From: Histomonas meleagridis 2922-C6/04-290x
Taxonomy: Eukaryota; Protista; Parabasalia
NCBI GenBank assembly: GCA_020184695.1
Contig: JAANOX010000034.1
Span: 1-64,000 of the forward strand
DNA: 64,000 nucleotides
Direction of reading: 5' to 3'
Part shown: piece after piece, positions 41,193-51,757 of the stretch
How positions within the stretch are numbered: position 1 is the first letter of the stretch
How the letters are laid out: every line of letters begins with the position of its first letter
Program-made: the position numbers and the translations under genes
The notes under the pieces: model-generated
Told to the model about the DNA's origin: nothing
Databases searched by the model: none
What the model saw: the letters and a program-made list of their open reading frames with translations, nothing else

Positions 41193-42671
41193 ATGCCATT
41201 CATGAAAGTCGCAGTCATCTCTTCCACAATAACATATTATCCAATCGATCCAGAAAAGCAAGCAAAAATTCAACCGATATATCAAATTGTAATGTACATC
41301 AAAAAAACAGTCGATTCTGGACTAGACTATATTGCCGGAAATAATCAAACAATTGTTTTTCAATTTTGGAATAATATTTTATTTCTGATTTGTGGCAAAA
41401 GCAAGTCACCAGAGTTTCTCCGCTATCAGCTTGAAATCGTCAAAAATGTCACAACATTTCTATTTGGTCCACAATTTGAAACCAATATGTTAACACTCAT
41501 TGACGTCAGCAAGTGTCGTCTTTTTGCCAAATACATTGATACATATTTAGATTTTTGTAATCGTTTTTATCAACTTCCCTATGGCATTGTTGAATATAGT
41601 CCAACTTACCGAATTTTTAGTCGCATCTTTTCCCAAAAGATTCCAGTTGAAAAAATCCCCAATGAAATTCATTTTGTCGAATCCATAATTTTATGTGATC
41701 ATAAAGTCATCTCACGCACTTCCAACAATTCCATCATTGATTCCACTTCATTTTTAATGTTATATCTTACAGCTTATATTAATCATGAAGATCCGGAATA
41801 TTTTAATGATCGAGAAGTTAACACCGAATACACCACGCGACCAGACTCATATCGTCACAAGAAAGGCTTTTTAAAAATCAATGGAAATCTTTCGCAGTAT
41901 GTAATAAGCACTGTCAGATTTGGTGAACATAGTCCATACTTAGCCATCTTTATTACTGAAAACATTGAGCAACAAGACCTTGTGCACAGTATTGTCAGCC
42001 TGTTTGCGAATTACGTGAGTGAAAACTTGTACATCACCGACCAAATATCCACACAATTTATACCCGGCACAGTACGATACACGTTAATTAATCGAACGAC
42101 AGGCGAAAGTTGGGATCATAAAATGCAAAACATGGATAAACAAAGTGAAGAACTTACGAACGTATTGTTAAGCTCAATGAAATCGAAAGTTTTCGAAGCA
42201 CTTGTAAAAGGTTATCATTATATGATGTGGTATGACGAGTTATTTTTGTTCACTTACCAACAATTGTTTGTGCTGCCGAACGGAGAAATATTACAGCCGA
42301 AGCAAACAAGAGATTTTCCTGGTAAAACAGTTCGATTTAATTACCAATACATTGCGCAAAGAATGTTCCCAAGTCAAAAGAATATAAATGTTTACGAATG
42401 TTACGCAATCTTCTTGAAAACAATATCGCCTAAAGATGCACAAGAAATTTCGCAAAAGTATTTCGGAGACTTCTTATACACAAAGCAAACAAAACAAATG
42501 CAAAACAAGAAAAGAAGTTCTTCAACAAGTATGAAGAAAAGAAGTCAAAGCGATTTACCATTGGGTTATGATAAAAATAGAAACCAAAAATTGGTACACG
42601 CACCAAGCACTCATAATGTGTATAGAGGGGATTCGAAGCCGCCATTGCCATCAAATCTTAAACAAAAATGA
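41193..42671 (+). CDS. Probable tri-longin protein of the Mon1/HPS1/Fuzzy family
   Basis: Longin-like pattern FQFWNNILFLICGKSKSPEFLRYQLEIVKNVTTFLFG; size about 490 aa. Family assignment is tentative. Confidence 0.45.
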   Translation: MPFMKVAVISSTITYYPIDPEKQAKIQPIYQIVMYIKKTVDSGLDYIAGNNQTIVFQFWNNILFLICGKSKSPEFLRYQLEIVKNVTTFLFGPQFETNMLTLIDVSKCRLFAKYIDTYLDFCNRFYQLPYGIVEYSPTYRIFSRIFSQKIPVEKIPNEIHFVESIILCDHKVISRTSNNSIIDSTSFLMLYLTAYINHEDPEYFNDREVNTEYTTRPDSYRHKKGFLKINGNLSQYVISTVRFGEHSPYLAIFITENIEQQDLVHSIVSLFANYVSENLYITDQISTQFIPGTVRYTLINRTTGESWDHKMQNMDKQSEELTNVLLSSMKSKVFEALVKGYHYMMWYDELFLFTYQQLFVLPNGEILQPKQTRDFPGKTVRFNYQYIAQRMFPSQKNINVYECYAIFLKTISPKDAQEISQKYFGDFLYTKQTKQMQNKKRSSSTSMKKRSQSDLPLGYDKNRNQKLVHAPSTHNVYRGDSKPPLPSNLKQK

Positions 42672-42927
42672 AAAAATTGAAAGCGGTCATATTGGCACTT
42701 TTCGTGTAAGGAAAATGTTTTTCTTCATTTCTTTTAAATTAATGTTATCTAAAGTCTTATGATTGATAATGTGTTTTTTGCTTTATTCTTTTTTACCTCG
42801 AATTTTTAATGTTTTAATAAGAAACTGAGTTAACTCATATAAAAAGAATTTTGACGTTTTGGTTTGTGTGGTTTATTTCGACTTTTTCTTTAGATTATAT
42901 GTAAAAGTGACTACAGGAAACTTTTAT

Positions 42928-43533
42928 TTAACAGCATGGTTTCTTTTCCTGAGGCGCCTCTTTCTTTACAGTAATTGACATTGGAGGGATGTCTAGATGG
43001 ACAGGGGCATTCAAAAATGTTTTGAGATATTTTTCAAATGCTTCATTAATGCCTTCTCCTGTCTTAGCAGAAACTTTTGCAGTTTCGGTGATGTTGTGTT
43101 TCTGTGCCCATTCATTAATAACATCATCAGAAACTTGTGATTCCATATCAGACTTATTTCCTAAAACCAAAACTGGTAAAGGTTGTTGCTGATCATACTC
43201 AGCAGTATCAAGGAACATATTTAGATAGATCTCAATTTCGCCAAAGCTTTGAAGATTTGTTACATCATAAACAAGAATTAGACCGTTTGCACCTCTCAAA
43301 AGAGATGGTGCGACACTCCTGAACCTTTCTTCACCGGCAGTATCCCAGAGCATCATATTGATTTCTGTATCGTCAATATGCATTGTATGTGGAACAAATC
43401 CTGCTCCAATTGTTGCTTGTGTATTCTGAAGGAAAGTACCATTGCAGAACCTATGAATAACACATGTTTTACCAACACTAACAGGTCCAAGAACAACAAT
43501 TTTCAGGTCAAGGCTACTTGGGCGGCGGCTCAT
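42928..43533 (-). CDS. Rab GTPase (divergent, Rab7/32-like or lineage-specific)
   Basis: GPVSVGKT, WDTAGEERFRS, GNKSD, SAK, C-terminal CC. ATG 43533 follows TCACTT. Confidence 0.92.
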   Translation of the reverse strand: MSRRPSSLDLKIVVLGPVSVGKTCVIHRFCNGTFLQNTQATIGAGFVPHTMHIDDTEINMMLWDTAGEERFRSVAPSLLRGANGLILVYDVTNLQSFGEIEIYLNMFLDTAEYDQQQPLPVLVLGNKSDMESQVSDDVINEWAQKHNITETAKVSAKTGEGINEAFEKYLKTFLNAPVHLDIPPMSITVKKEAPQEKKPCC

Positions 43534-44338
43534 TTGACAAGTGAAAGCGTTTTCTGTCAATTTGCCGACAAAAACCGCACCTTCAAATCATGAAACGATG
43601 GGCTTTTTTAGAGAAGAAAATGATCGTGTTAATTCAAAAAGCTTCAAAAAAGGAGCTGGATAAAGGATGTTAGGTGAAGTGATTTGATTTCATGTGAAAA
43701 GTTCGAAATTTTTCTTCTATTTGCCATATATATAAATAAGGTTGAGATTACAACACAATAATTAAAATAAAACAAAAGTGTGAAAACCTCGGTCAAAAAA
43801 TACCTTGAAGTTTCTTGGATTCCCGAATCTCCATATTTAAATATCTTATTCATTAATATTCAGGATTTATTAATCATTGAGAAAAATGAAATTCCCTATT
43901 AAAAATTAAGTGATCATATGATAGTTCAAGTTAGTTTTTACATGATGTGGATTAAAGGCTTGCCGTTGAAGATACCTCAGCACTTGTAAGACTTTCGCTG
44001 TAACATGTATACTATTTGTATAGTTGGATATTGGTGTACATGAAAGAGTAAGAATTAACTTGATTAAGGCCAGTTTAATGAATAATGATTTGGGAATTTT
44101 CAAGTACTTCCTTGTTTTGGTGTTGTTGAATAAGCTAATCAATTGATTTTGTTGTATTTTTTGGAGTAATTCAATGTTATAAATCTTTTCTTATGAATAA
44201 TGCCATAGTCGAAAACACAGGAAAATGTCTTCCAATATGGAAGAAATGAATATTATCAAATTAATAACGAAATCTCTCTATAAAATTTAATCTGAATAAG
44301 GAAAATAAATTTAAATTGTATTTTTATTGATAATTATA

Positions 44339-46147
44339 TTAAATTTGTGCAATAAATTTTTCTTCTTGAAAATCTTCGGCAAATGGATCTTCTTCAATAT
44401 TTATGTTACTTATTCCTGTTGTAAATGTATTCGTCGTTTCGTTTTCATTTTCTTCTGATTTATCATTTTCATAAATTTCTTCTTTTTTATTTCGAATATG
44501 TGTCAATAATATAATTAATAATATGATAATGACTATTACTATAACAATTACACAAACAGAAATGATGATAATTGTTGTTTTATTGTCTTTATTTTGATTA
44601 TTATTATCATTATTATCAGTGTAAAACATTGTAAAGAAATTGGAATAATAATTATAATAAGTCGAATATATAACAATCGTATAATTGTAATAAATAAATT
44701 CTGTTTCAATATATGAAAATGTCGAATGATTTATATATAATGAAAATGTTTTTCGTTTTTGTTTCATAAATAGTTAATGAATGTGTAATTGATAATGTAA
44801 TTGTTAATGTATATGAAAATGATAATGATAATGAAATATCACTTTGAAGTGATACAGTAAATGTATTCGATTGACTAAATGAATGTGTTGGAATTGGATT
44901 GCAGCTTCCTTCTGCGTTTTCTTTGGCAACATCTAAATTTCCAAATTTACTTCCTTTATATGTTGAATATGTGATAACACTTGTTGAAACATTAAAAAAT
45001 GCATTTTCTTCAATTTTTGGTTCTGAATCTCCATAATAATAAATGCATTGAAGTTGATAACAATTACCAAATGCTGAACCTCCAATATCTCTTATTCCAT
45101 ATCCAAGTATTAATAATGTTAAATTAGAACAGAATGAAAACGCTCCACCGCCAATTGTTGTAACTGAATTTGGAATTGTAATGTTTATGATTGATGAACA
45201 CAATGAAAATGCACTACCGCCAATTGTTGTAACATTTCCTCCAAATATAATCGTTTCTAATTTTGAACATAACGAAAACACATAACCTCCAATACCTGAT
45301 ACTGAATTACCAAAATTCACTGAAACAACTGAATGCCATGCTGAAAATGAACCACTTGGAATTTCATATATATTTTCACTGATAATTATAAATTTTGTTA
45401 TGTTTTGATATTGGCTAATTTCATTAAAATCATTTGAATTCATGATTGAAAGTGTTGAAGTATTTTTCATAAAAGATTTCATAAGGGTTCATGAAAAAAA
45501 CATAAAAATATAAACAAAAATAATTTTTTTCTTATCTTTTACTTTCAATGTATATTTGGTCGTTGATATTTTCTGAACTGAGATTGTGTTTTTCTGGTAA
45601 AATTTGACATAAATAACCGGAAATATAATTGAAAAAATGATGGTTAATTGAAGTAAAACATTCAAAATGTTTGGTCCTTCTTCGTTGTCGTTTCGCATCA
45701 TCAAAAAATGTGAAAATTCACGCTTTATAGGATATATATCTTCATAAGATTTGTTATATGATTTATCAGATATACCATTTTTGACAAATATATCAATTTC
45801 AAAGCCTATTTTCAAAATGTTTGAAAAATATGTTCTTTGAAATTTTTGTTTGTTATTAAAATCATGATGTACAATTGCTGTAGATTCATTGTTTGGTATC
45901 AAATTTAAAAATAATTTGTTTATCAAAACTTTATAATTATTGTTAAATCTTTTTGAATTTTTTGATCATAATTTCATTGATTGGAACTTCTCCATCACAT
46001 TGGTAAGTCAATCCTTCCCCTGCTTTTTATCTTTTTTGTATCTTTGTATATTTTCTTTATGAATGATATAAGGTGTAATAAGCTGTGTATCGGTTATTAA
46101 TCGTTTTGTCATGATCAAAAATGATGGACAAAATGAAAGGTTCTCAT
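44339..46147 (-). pseudogene. BspA-like copy B2 (frameshifted or low-quality consensus)
   Basis: Colinear with 60563-62362. Indels in homopolymers near 44751 and 45465-45500; scrambled 5' part at 45930-46140. Confidence 0.85.
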
Positions 46148-46967
46148 GTTTCAGCTTGTAATATACTTATAGACCTTCACCAAATATACATCGGCTATCT
46201 CAAAAGTTTAAAATCTCACGGGTAAACATTAAAAAACCTGACGTTTAATTGTGGTCTTTTAAGTCAATTTTGAAACATTTGAATTAATATTTTAAAATGC
46301 CAATCGAAGAAACAACTATAACACATTATATTTTCACTTTTAAATAACACAATGAATATATGTTATAGAACGGAATTTAAGCTTTAATTTGATGTGCCGT
46401 TCATTGATTTAAAATGTTTTCATCATCATAAAATTTAATTTTTTTTTTGAAACATTGGAAATTCTTCTATAATATGATTTTAAGTTTCTTGTTTTATTCT
46501 AAATTAACATAACATGAGAAGCACTTTATGTACAAAATCATTTTTAGTGTATCTTTAATTTAAAAAATATTTTTTGCTTTTATAAATAATGAATTCAAGT
46601 AAAGTTTGTCCCATTTCATTCAGAAAAGTGCAAACATTAATGTAAATGTAATCATGATTCAAAATCATTGATCATTGATCAACAAAAGTTATTATGTTCT
46701 ATTTAAAGTCAGTAATAATAATAGTTATACATCTTTAAAATTCAAAATTTCTTATTAAAATGAAATAATTGCACACATTAAAAAGTCAAAATGCATCAAA
46801 ACAACAAGCGATTAATTTTACTTTATTATTGATGTTTAACAATGCTAACACAATATCTTATAATATTTTACAATAAAAAAAATTCATCAAAAAACAAAAC
46901 AACACTCAAAATTTAATTTTAACTTATATAACAAAAGATATCAAAATTTTTTATTACACAGTTTTCT

Positions 46968-48504
46968 TCAGAGCCAATTGTCTTCATCTTCTTTCACAAT
47001 ATCTTCAACTAAACTATTTACTTCTTCAATTTGCTTTGTACTTGATGTCGTCGTGTCCTTGAATTGTAACTTTGATTTCGATTTTTCTTTCTTATTATTA
47101 CTTTTTCACTAAAAATATAACAATTCCAACAATGATCAAAACAAATGCAAATGATCCGCAAATAATTCCAATCAAAGCATTCGTCGTAATTCCTTTTGGT
47201 GAATTTTCATTGGAAGTGTAAAACATTGTAAAGAAATTGGAATAATAATTATAATAAGTCGAATATATAACAATCGTATAATTGTAATAAATAAATTCTG
47301 TTTCAATATATGAAAATGTCGAATTGTTTATATATAATGAAAATGTTTTCGTTTTTGTTTCATAAATAGTTAATGAATGTGTAATTGATAATGTAACTGT
47401 TAATGTATATGAAAATGATAATGATAATGAAATATCACTTTGAAGTGATGCTGTAAATGTATTCGATTGACTAAATGAATGTGTTGGAATTGGATTGCAG
47501 CTTCCTTCTGCGTTTTCTTTGGCAACATCTAAATTTCCAAATTTACTTCCTTTTATATGTTGAATATGTGATAACACTTGTTGAAACATTAAAAATGCAT
47601 TTTCGCCAATTTTTTTGGTTCTTTGTCTCCATAATAATAAATGCATTGAAGTTGATAACAATTAGCAAATGCTGAACCTCCAATATCTCTTATTCCATAT
47701 CCAAGTATTAATAATGTTAAATTATAACAGAATTAAAACTCTCCACCTCCAATTGTTGTAACTGAATTTGGAATTGTAATGTTTTTGATTGATGAACACA
47801 ATGAAAATGCACTACCGCCAATTGTTGTAACATTTCCTCCAAAAATTATCGTTTCTAATTGTGAACATGACGAAAACACAGAACCTCCGATATTTGTAAC
47901 TGAATTACCAAAATCAACTGAAACAACTGAATGCCATGCTGAAAATGAACCACTTGGAATTTCATATATATTTTCACTGATAATTATAAATTTTGTTATG
48001 TTTTGATATTGGCTAATTTCATTAAAATCATTTGAATTCATGATTGAAAGTGTTGAAGTATTTTCATAAAATATTTCATAAGAGTTCATGAAAAACATAA
48101 AAAAAATTAAAATATTTTTCTGTTTTTTATTTTCGTTACTTTTAAATATATTCATTAAAAATTTGATTTCATATAATAAAAAAAATCCCAAAATAAAAAA
48201 GTTATACATTCGAACTTGAACAGTTTCATTGAATTTGAACATTTTCATCATGAAGTTATTATTCATTGAAATTGGTAAATGAACTTTTAATGAAAAATGA
48301 TTAAACACTAAAGAAAAGAATTCGATATAATGTTTAACATATGATATCGGAAACCTTAATAAAGGGGAATGACGTTGATATTCTTCTGTGATGATATTGA
48401 ATGTATTCGATTCATTCGCTTTTAGAATAATAAAATTTGTGTTTTTAATGGATACACTCTCTTTGTTATGGAGTGAGAATGAGAGGTATGTAATCCCTTT
48501 GGAT
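46968..48504 (-). pseudogene. BspA-like copy D2: D-type N-module with start and signal deleted, C/F-type stalk and EDEDNWL tail, several frameshifts
   Basis: The 48504/48505 junction joins sequences matching D1 31785 and 31961. ORF pieces 47733-48530 and 47098-47661; TGA at 46968-46970. Confidence 0.85.
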
Positions 48505-48829
48505 GTCAAAAACGATACAGAGAGCTTCAACCGCTTCTTCTTTTCGTCAGTTCATTTGTAAAACTTTTGCTGAAACGCGTTTTGTTGTTTTTGCAATCGG
48601 AAGATGTTCACAAAGCTGAAATGTAATGATTTTTATGAAAAGTGACAGAGTGTTCCCTTATTTAAATTGTGGAAGAAGTCAAAAAAATGAAAGAAAGAAA
48701 ATGATATCGTTTAGCATCAAAGGAACGGATTTTTGAATAAAGAGCACTCAAAAAGTTTGTTTCAACACAATCAACATGTTTCAACTTATCAGAGAAATTT
48801 TTTAGGAGATTTAAACAGTTTACACATAG

Positions 48830-50523
48830 ATTTGTAAACTTTTCAAATAACAAATTTGTTTGGATTGATTTCGAAACAAGTGATAACACTGAAACTACAC
48901 TTATAATTAATGATCACACTGAATTCTCCAATCAGACAAAAGATGGAATTTAATATGTTTTGATTGGTAGCAAAGTAAGTGACATACCTGTAAAAGCATT
49001 TGCAAATGGTCTTCTTTAAAAACTGTCCATGTTTTAGATCCTGCCACTATAATAGGAATAAGAGCACTTTATAATTGTAATAGCTTAACATCAATTGAAA
49101 TTGGAAATAACATAAATGTTAATACGTTAAAACTATTGGTGATTATTCATTTCATTATTGCAAAAAATTAAATTCAGTTCAATTAGGCTATATCATTACA
49201 ATCATAGGCGAAGGTGCATCGTACTGCCTTAAATTCAATTGATTTCGGTGAAAATATAATCACCATAGGTGTATATGAATGTTCTTTACAAAACATAACA
49301 ATTCCAAGCTTAGTTACATCCATCAATGACCATACATTTTTTCAGCGTACTAATTTAGTATGTAACATTTAGTACTAAAACCATAAATATTCCATCATCA
49401 TTAACAACAATTAGAAACCATAAATTTAAAATCATTTAGAATTGGCGTTAATGTAGAAACAATTGAGAAATATGCATTTAAAGGCTTTAGTAAACTTAAA
49501 TATATTCATGTAACAGCAGAAAACAAATACTTCTCCGAGCATAATTCCGATGGTGCAGTTTATAATAAGGATCAAACATCTTTAATGTTGATGTCCCCAG
49601 GTAATACAACATATATCATTTCAAGTTCAGTAATAACAATCAAAAGTTATGCATTTTCTTATGCAGCTTTGGATTCAATTAATTTTGGATTTGCACTTTA
49701 TACTACAATTGAAAGTTATGGATTTTATGAAAGTAATTATAATACCAAATACATGTAAAGATATTGGAGAACATGCATTTGATTATAGTTCACTCGAGAA
49801 AATTACTATTAAGAATGATAATAATGAATTAATGAATGGCGAAACAATTGCTTATACTTTTTTACTTCAAAGTAACAAATGATAATTTGCATTATTCGCA
49901 TTACAAAAACGATGGAATTCTATATGATAAAAACATGAGCAAAATTATACATTATCCTTTATCTATTCAAACAACAACAGATACATATGATATCATAGTG
50001 CATTAAATTTAAATAAATACTTAAGGTCAATTAATTGGTGAGTGTTACGACTTTTAATAAATTCGCATTTTCAAATGCATTACTTATCGAAATAATTAAT
50101 GATAAATTAGAAGTAATTGGTGTTAATTCATTTTCTTCTTCTTCATCTATAAGAAGTATACATTACCTTCTGTTAAAAAAAGTAAAGATTCCACTTTCGC
50201 TGATTGTAACCATTTAATATTTAATATGCATATACTATAATGGTAAGACTGAGCCTGAAATCGATGCAGATGCATTTAACGCGAAAATAGAGTACGTAAT
50301 GGTGAGTGAGATCTATGAAGGTAAAACATTCGCTAATTATAACGTGACTTATCAAAATTTGCCCCAATGTCCGACTATAAAAGATGATGACACAGTGACA
50401 ATTACATACGTTTTGGCTATTTCCATGCCAATCGTTGTCATAATAATAGTGGCGATAATAATAGTAATCGCTGTGATAAGGCGTAGAAGGAATATGTTTG
50501 TGATTCTTATTACGAGGAATTAG
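48830..50523 (+). pseudogene. Heavily decayed BspA gene of a different subfamily (copy E)
   Basis: Fragments in shifting frames: TIGDYSFHYCKKL, ETIEKYAFKGFSKL, DGAVYNKDQT, IIPNTCKDIGEHAFDYSSL, YYNGKTEPEIDADAF, then TM helix and RRRR. 5' boundary is approximate. Confidence 0.8.
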
Positions 50524-50964
50524 TTAATTAAATAAAAAGGAAATTAATTTCTGCTAACTAAAAAATGTTTTGAAATTTTCTTTATATCGATGCGATGTAA
50601 CATTAATGTTATGCTAACAGCGTAATTACTACACAAGAAAACATTCTAACTTTTTTTGAAAGCGTTTTTAAACGTTTAAAAAAAAGTAAAAATAAGTAAT
50701 TCAGCTTTCAATTTGCGTATCCGAGTATAACATCCTTCAACTTATAAATATTTTCGTCTGTTTGATTGCCAATCTTTCTTCAATACTTTCGAGTGATATT
50801 TGCGTTTTTAGCAACTGCAGCTTCTTTAATATGATCAAGCATTTGTTGATTCCTGAACAAGTAAAACCAAACATTAAAACTTGATTTTGATGTGTAGTCT
50901 GTCACTTTTAAATTTGTCTGATGGAAACACAGAGCAATCAAGAATTAAATGAATGGGAAACTCT

Positions 50965-51150
50965 TATATTAATGCCAAAGATATTTATTTGTTTTATTTA
51001 AAATTGATTTTGAAAAAAATATTTGAAAATTATATAAATTATTTTATACAGCACTGATGAATGCATCTTCAAATGATCATATAAAAATAGTTACATTACT
51101 TCTTGAACAAAAAGGAATTGAAAGAAATGCTAAAAACAATGTTTATTTTA
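50965..51150 (+). pseudogene. Ankyrin-repeat remnant
   Basis: YINAKDI, then after an AT-rich insert TALMNASSNDHIKIVTLLLEQKGIERNAKN. Confidence 0.7.
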
Positions 51151-51757
51151 AAAATATGATATTTCATAATAGTATTTTGAAAATTGGCATCATTTGGAAG
51201 TGCTCAATATATGCCCTGAGTCTAACGTCTTATCAAAGCTCAACAAAGAAAAACACATGTAGAACACAGAATATGCTTACAAAAATTGGTAATTGAGAGT
51301 AAACGGGTTTTACATCCAACATGCAAGTAGAATCGAAACATATGGATTTTTTATCTTAATTTTTATTTTCTTACTGGCAATAATGTAAAAATACATATTC
51401 ACCTAAGTTTCTAAATAAACTTTTGATTTTGATAAATGAAAAATTAAATTTCTATGAACATCTTCAGGGAAAAATTGAAGTTATAAATAACTAATTAAAT
51501 AGGTGACCACATTTTTAATGATCAAAATGCTTAACACAATCTGAATAAAGTTTGAGAAGATTGGAATACAAATTTTTTGCAACTCATTCTTTCATTCATT
51601 TAAACAAACTTCAAATCATGGAAATCCAAAGCACGTGGGAAATCTTTTTGTTGTTGCTTAATGTTTGGTTTGGTGTTTATGTTTCATTTTTTTGTGTTTC
51701 GTCATAAAATTGAATACATTATAGAATTATTCAGCACCATCTTTACGGTTATTCTCA

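Noticed and set aside
43906-44142. 78-aa ORF with LKIPKSL, possibly an LRR relic
   Set aside because: One partial motif only; no TpLRR periodicity.
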